A DNA stretch of 63,641 nucleotides, counting the filler, from Octopus bimaculoides (lineage: Eukaryota): assembly GCF_001194135.2 (NCBI RefSeq). It is 4 parts of 4 records of this genome, joined end to end, with 100 filler letters (N's around TTAATTAATTAA, not from the genome) between each part and the next. Parts side by side here need not be neighbours in the genome. Positions count along the whole stretch, not along the records: positions 60,765 to 63,641 come from NC_069003.1; 3 more parts are not named here. One strand, 5' to 3'. Positions 62,661 to 63,641 of the stretch are shown here, one piece after another; position 1 is the first letter of the stretch; each line of letters starts with the position of its first letter. A program made the position numbers and the translations under genes. The notes under the pieces are model-generated. The model saw only the letters and a program-made list of their open reading frames with translations, did no database searches and was not told the origin of the DNA.

Positions 62661-63129
62661 CATTTATATCAGCTTTTGTAACATTAAAGTTCAAGGTGGT
62701 GCGCTGGCAGACTTGTTAGCTGACTGAACAAAATGCTTAAACAGTTCGCCTGTACAAGTTCAAATATTGCTGAGGTCTACTTTGCCTTTCATCCTTTCAG
62801 GGTCGATAAAATAAAGTACAGGCGAAGTACAGGAGTCAATGTAATAGATTTATATCCTCGCCTTGAAGCTCATGGCATTCTGCCACAAATTGAAGCCATT
62901 ATCTTATAGAGACTAAGGGGGAAAATGGGACAAATAACTGTCCCAAAGCCTTATTTTGGGACATCGGGGATTATAGTTTGCAAACCGGGACGACAGGACA
63001 CCCTACTTATGACCCTTTTGAGGGTACCTTGCACTAGTTGGAAAGTATTCTCGAACCGGTCACCTATTCTGAATCTTCGAAAGATACCCAAGGGACCAGG
63101 TGCCAGGGTTAAACCTAGTATAGGGATGT

Positions 63130-63432
63130 CTTAGTGATTAGGGACATTCGATTCACGATTGTAAGGTCGTAAGTTCAATTCCTAGCGGCGCGTTGTGACC
63201 TCGAGCAAGGCGTTTTATTTTACACTGCTCCAGTCCACTCACCTGGCAAAAATGAGTAGCACCTGTAATTCAGCCTTGTCACATCCGGTGTCACACTGAA
63301 TCTCCCTGAGAACTACGTTAAGGGTATGCGTGTCTGTGGAGTGCTCAGCCACATGCACGTTAATTTTCCGAGCAGGTTTTTCCGTTGATCGGATCAACTG
63401 GAACCCTTGTCGTCATAACCGACGGAATGCCC
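63130..63432 (+). mobile_element. tRNA-derived CORE-type SINE, near full length
   Basis: Head TTAGTGATTAGGG...AAGTTCAATTCC, CORE-like GTTGTGACCTCGAGCAAGG...CTCCAGTCCACTCA, and 3' body CCCTGAGAACTACGTTAAGGG...AACTGGAACCC. Confidence 0.75.
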
Positions 63433-63641
63433 AGTAAAAATATTTATTGACCCTGGAAGAATGAAAAGTAAAGATAACGTCAACAAGAATCGAACTCACG
63501 ACTCAAACAGCCAGAATAAATACCGCGAGGTATTTTGTTCGACGCTCTAATGCTTTCCGCCAAGTCGTCGAAATATGGCGCTTGAACACCAACAACAACA
63601 ACAACAAACCACCACCGCCGTCACCACCACCACCACCACCA

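Overview
Gap-rich, microsatellite-rich animal genomic DNA. The SINE/LINE repertoire and TTAGGG repeats suggest an octopod cephalopod (inference). The window is not one contig: three identical 100-bp linkers (44 N + TTAATTAATTAA + 44 N) split it into segments A 1-15699, B 15800-42799, C 42900-60664 and D 60765-63641. A and D are almost all transposon debris (R4/Dong-like, CR1-like, Penelope, Tc1, SINEs, MITEs). B carries nine in-phase 3' exons of a minus-strand coiled-coil gene (CCDC162-like from recall, one GC-AG intron), a convergent unidentified plus-strand ORF, and Gypsy, Merlin, mariner, RTE and Penelope remnants. C is the unusual part. It holds a minus-strand gene encoding a Thr/Pro/Ser mucin-like region followed by a Cys-bounded hemopexin-like domain (five exons rebuilt by hand with consistent phases). 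Four large interstitial telomeric arrays lie in or beside its introns, in alternating polarity (TTAGGG / CCCTAA / TTAGGG-variant / CCCTAA-variant), so three consecutive exons each sit between mutually complementary arrays. The last array contains 12 copies of a 30-nt non-telomeric cassette (AAGTACCGAAGGGCATATAACAGAATATAC plus an A-rich tail) separated by variable numbers of CCCTAA units. Most long ORFs in the supplied track are artefacts of N gaps or microsatellites. All family assignments come from motif recognition; no database searches were run.
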